From contig CBFFRQ010000196.1 of NCBI GenBank assembly GCA_965644315.1, forward strand, positions 1-64,000: a stretch of DNA of 64,000 nt. The letters run 5' to 3'. The stretch's first letter is position 1. Every line of letters starts with the position of its first letter. Under the pieces are notes generated by a model. It did not search any database. It had not been told where the DNA came from and worked only from the letters and a program-made list of their open reading frames with translations. A program made the position numbers and the translations under genes. Positions 53,374-64,000 of this stretch are shown in pieces. The DNA is from Caecitellus pseudoparvulus. Lineage: Eukaryota; Protista; Bigyra: Bicosoecida.

Positions 53374-54422
53374 ATGGATGCCACTGACTTGCTGCGTGCC
53401 ATCTTCGAAGCCCATGATGCAGATGGCAACGGCGTGCTGAGCCTCAGCGAGCTGGCAGTGGTGAGGGCCCTTCGCTGGTCGCGTTCAAACGAATTTCCGC
53501 AACACAACCGCCACGCCCACCAGCACAGGCGTTTGCCGCTGCTGGCGTGCCCCGGAGCTACATGGAAGTGCGCGAACTCCTGGAAGACGCCGACACTGAC
53601 CACAGGTTCGTTACTGTGCCGCTGTCCCTCCTACATGCCTGCGCAAGGGCTTGCCATGCTGCACTCTCCGCTCGCTTCGCCTGGCACAGCGGCGACTTGG
53701 ATTTCGAGGAATTCCTGAAGGCAGTGCGGGAAGCCGGCCCCGCCTCTCCCTGGGCGTCCTTGGGTACATCTGACTCCCAAGGCCACGCCGAGCGCGAGGC
53801 AGTTGTGCGGGCTGAAGCCTCCCTTTCTCGCGTGCTGGCCCCACTGCACACTCAGGCGCACAAGGACGCACTGCTCATGGCCGAGGGCGATCCGACCCGC
53901 TACATCGCCCTGCCCGGCACAGACATCGCAGTGCCCCTCGCCACCCCCGGCTCGCGCATCTTGGGCCGGACGCTGTCGCTGCTGGTGCTTCTGGCAGCCA
54001 GCGTGGCTGCGGCCGCGCTGACGGCCGCCACAGCCGGCACAGTGGCTGCCGCTGTCCACCTGTACAACCGCCCGTCTGTGGACATCTCCCTGGCTGTCCT
54101 GGCAGGTCTCGCCGAGGGGGGGCACATGCGCTGGGCGCTGTTGGGGGGTGCCCTGCTTGGGCCCCTCGCTTTCGCCTCCTTCCCCGCCCTGCGCCGAGGC
54201 AAGACGGTGGCGGCCTGGCTGGCCGGCAACACCGTCATCGTGGCATCCACAGGGCGGCCCCTGCACCCCCTCCTCACCATGCTGCGGGAGTCCGTGTCAG
54301 GCATGTGCCTGCCTCTGGACTTGGGCTTTGCGCTGTGTGTGTCTCCCTCTGGCCAGCGCCTCGTGGACTACTTGTTGGGCACGCAGGTCGTGGCTGACGT
54401 CACGGCGGATGTGGCGGCCTGA
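53374..54422 (+). CDS. EF-hand pair plus RDD-like membrane domain protein (2 predicted introns)
   Basis: DADGNGVLSLSE and DTDH|SGDLDFEE loops. C-terminal GKTVAAWLAGNTVI..TG..LRE..QRLVDYLLGTQVV is RDD-like. Confidence 0.65.
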
Positions 54423-54676
54423 GGCCCCGTCTGACGCGTGGGAACCACAGTTCTCGCCGCGTGACAATGCAGCTTGCGTTTCAAGCAGGCCCTGCAGCAG
54501 GCGGAGCTGACTCGCGTCTCCAACACCGTGTCAATACACAGGCATCTGTGTGTGAATGCTAGCAAACGCCTACACTCTTCTTGCCCCCTGTACTGAAGCA
54601 CCGTGAAGTACGGCACGCAGCGTGCGCAAGCGCTCCCTCCTCAGCCCACCCTCGACGCCGGCCCCTGCCCCGCCAT

Positions 54677-56546
54677 GATGCCTGGAGGCACCCTGCGGGA
54701 CCGCATGAACGCAACACAGCTGCGCATTACAATGGACCAGATCCATGCAGCCGCCAACCCGGCCGAGGAGCAGGTGGGTGTGCTCTGTGTCCACTTGTGT
54801 GCGCTGCCCTCCTGGTGCACTGCACCTTGCCGCCCGTTACGAAGCACAGGCTCTGGCGGAGCAGCTGATGAACGCAACGCCGACTTCCAGTGTCGTCTCG
54901 GATGATGACTTGTTTGATGGCCCCGCGGGCTTCTCGAGCGGCTTTGCGAACACCTCGGGAGTCAGTGGCTCATCGGTAAGCTTCGTGGCATGGCGTTTCG
55001 CGTCGCGCTGCATCTCGGCACTCCACTCACACTCACCACCCCACCGCGACGCCACGGCACAGTCCCCAACAGACGGAGGACTTTCATTGGCTGTGCCCAC
55101 TCCCGGCCTGCACAGCGCAGCGCCTCTCCCTGACTTTGAGAAGCAGGCCGTGCCAGCTTCAGCCACACCCCGCACATCTGCCCTCAGCGCCAGCATCGCC
55201 GCTGACCGCGCCCGGGACGGCGTCATGCAGGTGCACCAGTTCAGTAGCGAAGCCGGGGACTGGGTGCAGGTGCCCATGGCCACTGCCGTGGCCGCAGCCA
55301 CCCCCAGCCAGAGGAAGCCGCCCCCTCCCACCCCAAGCGACACCCCAGGCGCCCCTGATGTCGACTCGGCGCCACCCCCCCACCCACACCGCCCAGACAT
55401 CCATTTCCTCCCTACCAAGCCTGGCCCCCGCCACGGGCATGCAGTACCGTTGGCAAATGACGCAAATGCTAGCCTCTTGCTCCGTGGGCGAGGTGCTCCG
55501 CGGCCTCGTTCGCCTCTGCAACCAGCAAGGCGGCTGCTGGTTGTTGCCAGGGCAGCAGCCAGCACCTGCTGCAGACCAGTCTTCCTGTGGCGCCGCGTCC
55601 AGCGCCTTCCAGCTGCGTGTCGCCGAGGACGGCGAGGCGGACTTCGACTTCCCCTGCCTCCCCCGCGCCGCCAAAGTGGCCGGGCTGGGGGAAGAGGAAT
55701 TCGCCGTGTGCAGCGCCGACAGCCAGCAGGAGGTGCTGCAAGTGCGCCTGCACCATACGACGTCCAAGGCAGGCAAACCCGTTCTGCGGCTCTTTCTTCC
55801 GCCACCCGCCTCCGCCGGGCACAGAGGTGTTCGACCCGTCCCCTGTGCCCAGGGGAACGGGCTCCACGCCCACACCCTCGCCCACCGCCTGCCCTTCGTC
55901 AGCTGCTCCGGAACATGCCCACACCAGCGCCGGTGCACCTACCCAACCCGCCGTCCCCACCGCCCAGCCCCTCCGACTGTGGTCCAGGTCAGGGGAAGTC
56001 TTCACACCCGTCCCAGTGCAGGCCACGCCTGCAGCCCAAACTTCACCCGCCCGACACCAAGACGCGCCAGCGTTCGCACTATCAGACAGCGAAGACACGA
56101 GCCCAGAGGGCGATGGCAGCGGCAGTGGCAGCGGCGCTGAGGAGGAGGAGGTGGAGACGGGCGGCCGCGGTAGCCACACGGGCCTGCAAGTGACGTACAC
56201 GTCAGCGGGTGGCGAGGGGGGGAGCTTTGGTGGGGCGCTGGGCAGTGTGGCTGCAGTGCCCATGGGGCGGGAGGGTGCCGGACACCTCGCTGCGCACACA
56301 GCCCAAGTGGGCGCACCCGGCGGCGCAGACATGATGCGTCAAATTGCAGAGTACCGCAGAGCGCGGTACGGCAGACAGCCGCCAGCTAGCGAACAAGGGG
56401 TGCCTGCAGTGCTGGGCAAGCTGGCAGCAGGCCTGTCAGCCGAGCCCCGGCGCAGGCAGTTGCTGGAGAGTGACGAGGATGCGCTGGCAGCTGCCATCGC
56501 AGCTGTGGACGGCACGGGGTCACAGGCAGCTGCGCCCTCGCTCTGA
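54677..56546 (+). CDS. Hypothetical multi-exon protein (structure uncertain)
   Basis: Coding-like segments in shifting frames with GT-AG boundaries. No family recognised. Confidence 0.35.
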
Positions 56547-56889
56547 TCTTGCCTGGCCCGGCAGTAATGCACATGTACATGTAGAGGGGGGTTGCCCCAG
56601 TCCCCTGCTGCTGGAGCCAGGCGGGGGCAAGCACGGGATGAAACGTGCCAGGTGCATTGCGGAGAGTCGAGCCACGTGCTCTAAACAGGCTGCCAAGTGC
56701 TGGCGTCACGGCACCAGCGCACAGGCCCCATTTGTGCAAGGCTTTGCTGCGTGAGCAAGCCTGCAGCCGCTGGATCATTTGAAGAGGTTGCCTGTTGTCC
56801 TGTGTGGGCTGCGGGCCAGACTCCCAACCAGCTTGCTCGGCCAGCTCAAAGTGTGGGCCCACATTCAGTGGACCAAAGAGCACATGCTA

Positions 56890-57486
56890 TCACTGTGCCG
56901 AAACAGTGGCCGTCTCTGGACTGCCGCCTGGCACCATCTGCGCCGGAGAGAGAACGTGACCAATTTGCACAGCAAGCCCCGAGCACCCCGCCGCGGTAGG
57001 CGCCGATACGCACCATGGTGACGTGGTTGCCGTTCAGGAGGATCTGGTCCAGCTTCTCGGTCGTGGTTCCTGACGCTGTCGTCTTGCTGTTGCGCAGCAC
57101 AAATGCATGAGAAGTGGTAAGGCCAAACAACTCGTGCACGCGGTACGCCACTCACTACTCCGTCACGTCTTCAAGCACCATGTTCACAAAGTCATCGAAG
57201 CCCTTCAGTGTCCCCACAAACTCGCGGTCGCCACGAAGAATTACCCACAGCTTGGACTGTGCAGCGGGGAGGGCAGGTGCTGCAGAGATAATGGATGCCA
57301 CTGGCCAACGTGCGGAAATAGCCTCACCCCAATGCACTTGCCCACAAGCTCTGCGAGAGGGAGGGGAGGGAAAAGCATGAGGAAGCTATGAACAGCACTA
57401 ATATCACCACAGCCCGTATCCTGCGGCGTTCACGTACCCAAGGGGAGCAGCTGGGGCAGCCCTGTCGAGGAACCGGAGTCTGCCAT
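56890..57486 (-). CDS. LSM5: U6 snRNA-associated Sm-like protein LSm5, 5 exons
   Basis: [16 protein letters not shown]|ELVGKCIG|[33 protein letters not shown]|..[14 protein letters not shown]|MVPGG. Confidence 0.92.
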
Positions 57487-57917
57487 GTCTGGCGTGCAAA
57501 CAAGCAGTTGCGAATCGCCGGAGATGGAGGTAACGAACTTGTCACGAAGCAGGTGGTCAGTCTCGGGTGGGTGTGTTCTTGTTTGAAAATTGTGGATTTG
57601 CACACATCCTACGTTGGGTGTGCACGGGGCCGGGTAACGCTCGTGAGCTGCTGTTTGCAAGGTCTAGACGAGGCGTGGGTGTTTTCGCAAAAAATCTCCG
57701 CCGAAAAAACTCAAATTTGCAGGAAAAGCCCCCGATCAGACTGCGTCCAATTGTTTACACGATGTACAGGCCCAAGTAAGCGCCTTTGCATTCTGCTTGA
57801 TCGATCAGAGGCGCCTTTCGTGTGGATTTCACCTGCCGCCTGTCTGCTTGGGGCCAAAGCGCAGATTCTTACGCACGGCTGCGGGAAGCTCGTTAGAGGG
57901 AGTCGGCCTTCACAAGC

Positions 57918-59365
57918 ATGGGCGCTGTAAATCTTCTAGGCGCGCTTGTAGCTTGTAGCGTCGCTGGTTTCGTTGGAGCAGGTGCGCTGCGTGTGCTGAA
58001 ACTCCCTGCGTTTCTCCGTCTCTCCGGCACACACCTGGACTGCAATGCGCACAGACTTTGCGTATACGACGTTCAACGACACCTCTGGGCTTGTATTCCT
58101 TGGCTCAGCAACAACAAGCGACTGCTCTGGGGGAGCGACCGTAAGGTTCCCAAGCTCCCGGTCCTGTCTCGACTGCCAGGCACTGGTGAACTCTTGCATG
58201 TCCTTCGCAGCATCCGTACCAGCCGAGGCACGGCAGTGCAGACGGCAGCGGGCGCATTCCTGGCCTGATTGTAAGTGCAGGGTGCCACAACCATGCTCTT
58301 CAAGGCTGAAAGTGCGAGCGTTTGGCCCTGCTTCCCTCGCAGTCCGAGGGTGTCACCACGCACACGTCGTACGAGACGAGCACCAACGACCCCAGCGACA
58401 GTGACTACATCGCGTCAGCCTTGTCAGTGTTTGGCCACCGCGAGGCGTTCGCAGAGTCGCCACGACCCGCGGCGCTGTGATCTGCGCATGAGGTATGGAC
58501 AGCTCTCGGTCACGCCGCACTAAACCGCGCGCAGCACCCCCTGCGCGACACCCACAGGCTCACTCCATCCAAACCATACAAGCAAGGAGCTGTCTGGCGA
58601 AGGTCACCGGTGCCGTTGTCAGGGGGCTTTGAGGCAGGGTTTTCGTTTCAGATCTCAGACCATTCCCGCGTCTGCCGAAGGGTGCGCGATAAGGCCTTCA
58701 GCACTCGCTTGTACGAATCATGTATGGTGCACGGAGGGGATGGATTTGCATTCGTTCTGCACAACGATGCCAACCGCACGGAGGCGCTCGGGGTGGACGG
58801 GGAGCGCTTGGGCTACACTGGCATCCGCAACGCCATCGCAGTGGAGTTCGACACGTGGTACAACCCGAGACATTGGCGACCTGTTCCACGACCACATTAG
58901 TCTGCAGGCCTCAGGCCCCCTAGCACCACTGGCCTCCAACCAGTCACAGCTGATGGGGGCAGCGAGGCCCCACCCCTCGCAGATGGGAGGGTGCACAGCG
59001 TCAAACTGCAATACTTCCCGCACCTGAAGTATGAGCTGCTCCAGCACTTTTCCGCCACCCCCCAGTTGGTCCCTTTTCTCAAAGATGCAGGCGAATCACG
59101 TCGCATTGGCACCTTTGTTGTATACATCGACAACATGACTGCACCCTTGACAGCGGTGCCCATCAACCTGAACGTGGCAATGGACCTGCCCGACGGTCAA
59201 GCGTATGTTGGGTTCACAGCCTCCACTGGAAAAGCGTGGGAGCGGCACGACATGTTGTCATGGTACTTTTGCGAGTATCCAGGCTGTCCTAGGAGTGGCC
59301 TGGGCCTGGTGGATTGGCAAGCGACCCTTGATTTCATGGATGAGGATGAAGTGAACCCTCGATGA
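57918..59365 (+). CDS. Secreted legume (L-type) lectin domain protein, multi-exon with apparent frameshifts
   Basis: RLTPS..QGAVW, GGDGFAFVL, LGY, IAVEFDTWYN, YVGFTASTG..HDMLSWYF. Confidence 0.8.
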
Positions 59366-59535
59366 AGCAATGCAGCGCCTTGCGCACACCCTCCTCTCAC
59401 AAAATGCAAAAACGGAAGATATGCAACCAAGTCGACACTTCATGTTTGCAAGCCATGAATCTGCTGAAGTGGCGACCCGTCCCCATTGCCATTCTGTAGG
59501 CGCCGCATGTGCCAACTCGCCGGCGCAAGTTCAGA

Positions 59536-61275
59536 ATGGCGCCTGGTCAGAGCCAGGGCCCGGTCCTCGTGCTGTGCGCGGCGACCCTTGCCTGCACTTT
59601 CCTCTGTAGCGTCCATTCCTTCAATGTCACATTGAGGGCGCCATCGCAGGGGGACTGGATTGCGGGTGACGAGGTCACCGCGGAATTTGAAGTGTGGCGT
59701 TTGCACGGCGAGCAAGTGAGCAACGCCCTCATCCGCTTGGATGGCAAGTACCAGCCCTTCTGCAACATTGATCTGACGGACATGGCTGAGTCTGTGGTGG
59801 TGCAGTGCACTCTCCGGCTGGAAGCACCTCAAGTGCACTGGCTCCGAGTCTTCGTCTTCTCAGGGCAAGGCACGAGCTTCAAACAGCACAGCATCGTCTT
59901 CACGCAGATTCCTGCAGGCCTGCGTCAACCCCAGCCCTGGTGGTCAGGGCGGCTCCCAGCCAATCACGTTGGTGCTGGCGACTGGCTTGACGGCTTCCGC
60001 TCCAAACGAAGCGACAAGCTAAAGCCTCCTGCGATGCTACCGACAGGGGAAGATGTCGTAGCTGCTGCAAGCAACCAAGTGAGCAGAGCTCCGGAGGAGT
60101 GCCGAGTCCAGCACTCGAATGCGTCTGCCCCCCTCTTGTGCACCTCGGCCTTCCACACAAGATCCCGCTCCAAGCTTCTTGGGCCACAGTGGACCAGTGC
60201 ATGGAGGCGTGTCAGCGTCGCACAGTGGATTCAGCAAGGTGCAACGCCAACGTGTGCGGCAGCCTCCACTCTCGCTGCAACTTTCGCCACAGAGAGTTCA
60301 GCACAGCACGTGTACGACACGATTCAATCGTTGAAGGCACAGGACGCAAGTCTCGGCGTTGTCGTGTTTGTGTACGGTGCTGCTGAGCCCTGGTGGGAGA
60401 CGGAGCAGTGGATGACTGTCCCCTGCATCCGCTTCGTTGTGTTGCCGGGCCACATGCGACTGTGGTTCCTGAAGCACTTCCTGACGCCAGAGACCTTGCA
60501 AAGTTGGTCCTGGCTTCCCACGAACGAGGCCCACCCCCCACTCCACGTGGTGTTCTTCGATGATGACGTGGACGTGTCCCGGCTCCAGCTGCCTGGCTTC
60601 ATCGCAACCATGCACCGACTGGGCATCCACCTGGCACAGCCTGCCCACGATGCATCCTCAGAGACGTCACACGCGCTGCTCTTTGCTGGTGCCCACGGAA
60701 CATCAAGCCCTGGCTCCTTCTCTACTTTTGTGGAGTGTGGGCCGGTTGTGGTTGCAGAGCTTGAAACCTTCAACTGCATGATGGAGGTTGTGAATGAGTT
60801 TGGCGTCTCAGGCTACGGCTTCGACTTCTTATGGCCCGCACTCTGTGCACCCCACACCACCGCACTTCTGCATAACTTCACCATTCGTCACTTGAACAGG
60901 CAAGGGCTCTCAGCCAAGCCAAATGCCATGGGCCAGATGGCTGCCGATGGCATCGCAGCCCTCGCAGGGGCGTCGTTGGCTGGCCTGCTGCCAGACTTAG
61001 AGTGGGTGGCGCCAATGATGGGAGCCATCCGAACATCAGCACGGAAAACTATCCAGCGCATCTTGCAGTACTGCCCTGAAACCCGACAAAACTCTGACGA
61101 GGACCAGTGCACAGCGAGCGTCGTTGCCGCGCACCAGGCCGGCACTGCTCTGTCAGCAAGCAAGGCCCCGGGTCGCTGGAATCAGCACCAGCGCCCCATC
61201 TTGTTCCCCAACAAGACTACCTCCTTTCCTTGGGGCGAACTTGTCATGGGGCCGTCAGTGGAGGCAGCTCGATGA
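59536..61275 (+). CDS. Secreted DUF707-like (GT-A-type) protein
   Basis: Signal peptide, VVFFDDDVDV, LAQPA, TFVECGPVV, SGYGFDFLW. Confidence 0.7.
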   Translation: MAPGQSQGPVLVLCAATLACTFLCSVHSFNVTLRAPSQGDWIAGDEVTAEFEVWRLHGEQVSNALIRLDGKYQPFCNIDLTDMAESVVVQCTLRLEAPQVHWLRVFVFSGQGTSFKQHSIVFTQIPAGLRQPQPWWSGRLPANHVGAGDWLDGFRSKRSDKLKPPAMLPTGEDVVAAASNQVSRAPEECRVQHSNASAPLLCTSAFHTRSRSKLLGPQWTSAWRRVSVAQWIQQGATPTCAAASTLAATFATESSAQHVYDTIQSLKAQDASLGVVVFVYGAAEPWWETEQWMTVPCIRFVVLPGHMRLWFLKHFLTPETLQSWSWLPTNEAHPPLHVVFFDDDVDVSRLQLPGFIATMHRLGIHLAQPAHDASSETSHALLFAGAHGTSSPGSFSTFVECGPVVVAELETFNCMMEVVNEFGVSGYGFDFLWPALCAPHTTALLHNFTIRHLNRQGLSAKPNAMGQMAADGIAALAGASLAGLLPDLEWVAPMMGAIRTSARKTIQRILQYCPETRQNSDEDQCTASVVAAHQAGTALSASKAPGRWNQHQRPILFPNKTTSFPWGELVMGPSVEAAR

Positions 61276-61488
61276 ACTGCTGCGGCTCCTGTGCAGGCCT
61301 ACACCTTGACTTCTAGCGCTGACAAATCCATTCATCAGCATACTTTGATACCACAAGGTGTGGAGACACATGTCAATGCATTGTGAGGGCTGCAGAGGTC
61401 CCCTCCTGGCACTGGGGTGAGCCCCCACCCTCCTGCGTTTCTACATGAAACGCGACGCACAACGCCAGCTCGCACATACCTGACAAGC

Positions 61489-64000
61489 ATGCCTGGGAGC
61501 CGAGCAAAGCGCTGCTTAGTGTTCTTTGCATCCCTTTCATATGCGTTAGCCACCCAGCTGCGCATCACTGAAGTCATGGTGGTCTCCCGTATGCAGCACC
61601 GCAACTTGAACGTGAGCTGGGTGGAGGTCACAAACTTCGGGCACCAGCCGTGGAACCTGACAGGGGCCTCCCTTTCCACTGGGGACCACGTGAACAAGAA
61701 CAACAGCGTGTACAGCGAAATAATACTGCAGCCCTTCCGCTCCGCACTTTTACACAGCGGGCTTGACGACAAGAAGGTGGACCAGGCGGTGCGGGAGGCG
61801 TGGGGGCTGCCATCTGACACGCTGGTGGTCGGCGTGCGGCCCTTCCGCCCCGATGCCGAGCCGCTTCACCTTTCAAGGGAAGCCACAGGAATGGTGACTC
61901 TCTTTGATGCAGGCGGGGTGCTTGTCTCGCGGGTTTCGTGGAGCTCCACGGCGCGGCCCGGTGTCGCGATGCAATGGTCAGCGCAAGGGGAGGCATTCGG
62001 GGAGGCTGCGGCAGGGGAGCTCGGGGCCTGGGAAAGCAGCAGCAACTCTAGCTCCGAACGCGATGTGGGCTCGCCTGCCCTGTACGCCGTTGCTGCAGTC
62101 GATGCAGTGCCTGGTTCAGCTGGCTTGGACCCACAGAGCGGCATTCAGTTTGGCCGCAGTTTCGTGATCTCGCGTCCCCCACGTCCGGATGCGACGCCTC
62201 TGTACACCTTGACTGACTTCTCGCGACAAACACCAAGACCCCTTTTGGACCCACAAATCCCAGGGACCACTTCTCATTCACTGTTCGAGTGGGGCTCATG
62301 GCTGATCTTTGCAGCCAACACGTCGCAGCACGGAGACGAGGTGTGGGCGTGGCATGGTCACACGAATGCGTTCTTCCCATCTCCCCCTGAGATACAATTC
62401 GACATCGTCCCAGGGCCACAGTCTTCATCTCCTGCCTTCTTCACAGCGTTTGATGGTTCGGTTTTCTTCGCCGCATCCACGAAGGAGGGCCGACGGGAGC
62501 TTCACTTTCTGAGCCACTCCCCAGGCTCGGAAAGCCTGGCCCTGACCAACCTGGACGCAGCCGACAAGCAAGTGGAGGCTGGCGGCTCGCCCGCCCAGGA
62601 TCCGTACGACCTTATGCATGTCCCACCCCTATCTTCACGGGCACCTCCGACCAATGTCGGCTGGCTGGTGTTCGGCGCCACGTCGGCCGCTAGCGGAACG
62701 GAGCCGTGGTTTCTTTGCTGGGCCTTCTGACGGTGCCCCGCATGCTGGCTGATGTGTGCCCTGGCCCATGCAGTTCTGCCCCAACAGGTTGGGTGCGATG
62801 GCGCTCTTCCCTCCTGTTCACGGCCGATGATGGCGTTCACGGCTCTGAGCTGTGGCGATACACCGGTGACATGGCTGGGCCAGCAGTGCTTGGGACAGAC
62901 CTGCACATGGCAGCAGACATCGAGGCAGGGGCAGCTTCCAGCTCCCCCCGCTCAGGGGTTGTCTGGCGAGACACCTTCCTCTTCATAGCTGACACGGCAG
63001 CGCACGGTACTGAAGTTTGGGCGTGGAATGGCGAGGAAGCTCCGCAGATTCTGTTCGAAGTGCAGCGAGGACCCTCAGACTCAGCTGTGCAAGCCCTCAC
63101 TGAGTACCATGGCGCTATTTTCTTCACAGCAGTTGGAGCAAACTCGGGGCGTGAGGTGTGGACTTGGGAGGGGCAGGGGCGCCCAAGAATGCTGTTCCAC
63201 CACCCGCCCGCAGGCTCCAGCGGCCTCGGCAGCGTGCGAAGTGGGGCACACTTCTGGCGCATGCAAGGCGAGCTTTTATGGGCAGCAGATGATGGGCGGC
63301 ACGGAATTGAGGTCTTCCGAACGTACAGGCACCCCGACACGACGGATGCGCTGTGTGTGCCACTCCAGGAACAGAGCACGCTGGGGGGTGTGTGGGACTT
63401 GCGAAGCACGCTGCAGCCAGTCACGGAGCAGGCTTGCGCTTTCAAACTTACCGTGCCTGATTGCGACCATTGTCAGTTGGGGTATTCCATTGCTGTGGAC
63501 GGCGCTGTCCGCTTTCCTTCCCAGCTGGTGGCGACATCTATCCTTCACAACGGCGGCAGGGGGGCAGCGTTCGTCTTCCACCGCCTCGCGCTGACGGAGT
63601 TCACCGGTCCCAAGGCACCCTTTCAGTGGACCCTGGCCGCAACGCTCACCGGACTGGACGATCAGCCAGGAGATGCCTGTGGCACTTCTACCGCCTTGTC
63701 GGGGCCCTGGCTTGCGGTCGGGTGCCCGCGCTGCGAATGCTTCGGCAGGCCGGGTACACATGTTTCGGTGGGGGCACGGAGCATGGAGACTGCACTCCAC
63801 ACTTCCGTCACCATCGACAATGGGCATGCAACCTGAGTTTGGGGCCGCCCTCAGCATGCACGCCCATGGGGCGGAGCCCAACTCTGGTCGTTGGTGCGCC
63901 GGGAGCGGATGTGGCGGGTGTGTCGGGCGCAGGAGCCGCGTCAGTGTGGGAGCTCCGCTATGGTCTTTGGGAGCATGTCCAGGTGCTGATGAGTGACACT
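61489..64000 (+). CDS. Secreted protein: lamin-tail-like domain + ELWxxDGT-like repeats + FG-GAP repeats (frameshifts; runs off window)
   Basis: LRITEVM..WVEVTN..NLTG; GDEVW, GSELW, GTEVW, GREVW; LGYSIAVDG, GTSTALSGPWLAVG. Confidence 0.65.

Noticed and set aside
35400-63900. Programmed frameshifts or pseudogenisation in several genes (~35421, ~47720, ~50050, ~58870, ~62715)
   Set aside because: Single-base indels, several at homopolymer runs, in otherwise intact genes are most simply explained as long-read consensus errors or unrecognised introns.
646-64000. Numerous overlapping and antisense ORFs in the six-frame track
   Set aside because: Expected shadow ORFs of GC-rich coding DNA, with no recognisable motifs.

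Overview
This window is the left end of a GC-rich, intron-containing eukaryotic chromosome. The host is probably a flagellated protist (TTAGGG telomere, short GT-AG introns, CDKL5 and LSM5 genes); the taxon cannot be determined from sequence alone. Bases 1-574 are perfect (CCCTAA)n. They are followed by a ~16.6 kb head-to-tail array of five related non-LTR retroelements, all reading from the telomere inward and each ending in a short CTAACC(CTAA) tract. In order these are: (A) an intact single-ORF element (novel N-terminal region with a papain-like Cys/His/Asn motif, APE endonuclease, RT, CCHC, PIP-box-like tail); (B1, B2) two apparently identical 2942-bp non-autonomous elements encoding only the N-terminal ~694 aa; (D) a 5'-truncated diverged relative; and (E) a 3'-end-only relic joined directly onto a broken host gene copy. 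All four subfamilies share a ~200-nt 3' RNA domain with about six covarying helices just upstream of a telomerase-template-like CUAACC(CUAA) end. The full-length copies also share a structured ~90-nt 5' end. The arrangement resembles HeT-A/TART or Athena-type chromosome-end systems, here coexisting with telomerase-type repeats. A subtelomere follows (17-38 kb). It holds a duplicated block (UTP20 C-terminal fragment plus a variable 38-aa ankyrin-repeat gene) and a cluster of Crinkler/RHS-like NTPase genes with Arg-rich, partly shared N-terminal headers. Ordinary genes come after that: a Cys-rich multi-TM protein, GT61, CDKL5, EF-hand/RDD, LSM5, L-type lectin, DUF707 and an LTD/ELWxxDGT/FG-GAP protein. 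No database searches could be run, so novelty claims are provisional.
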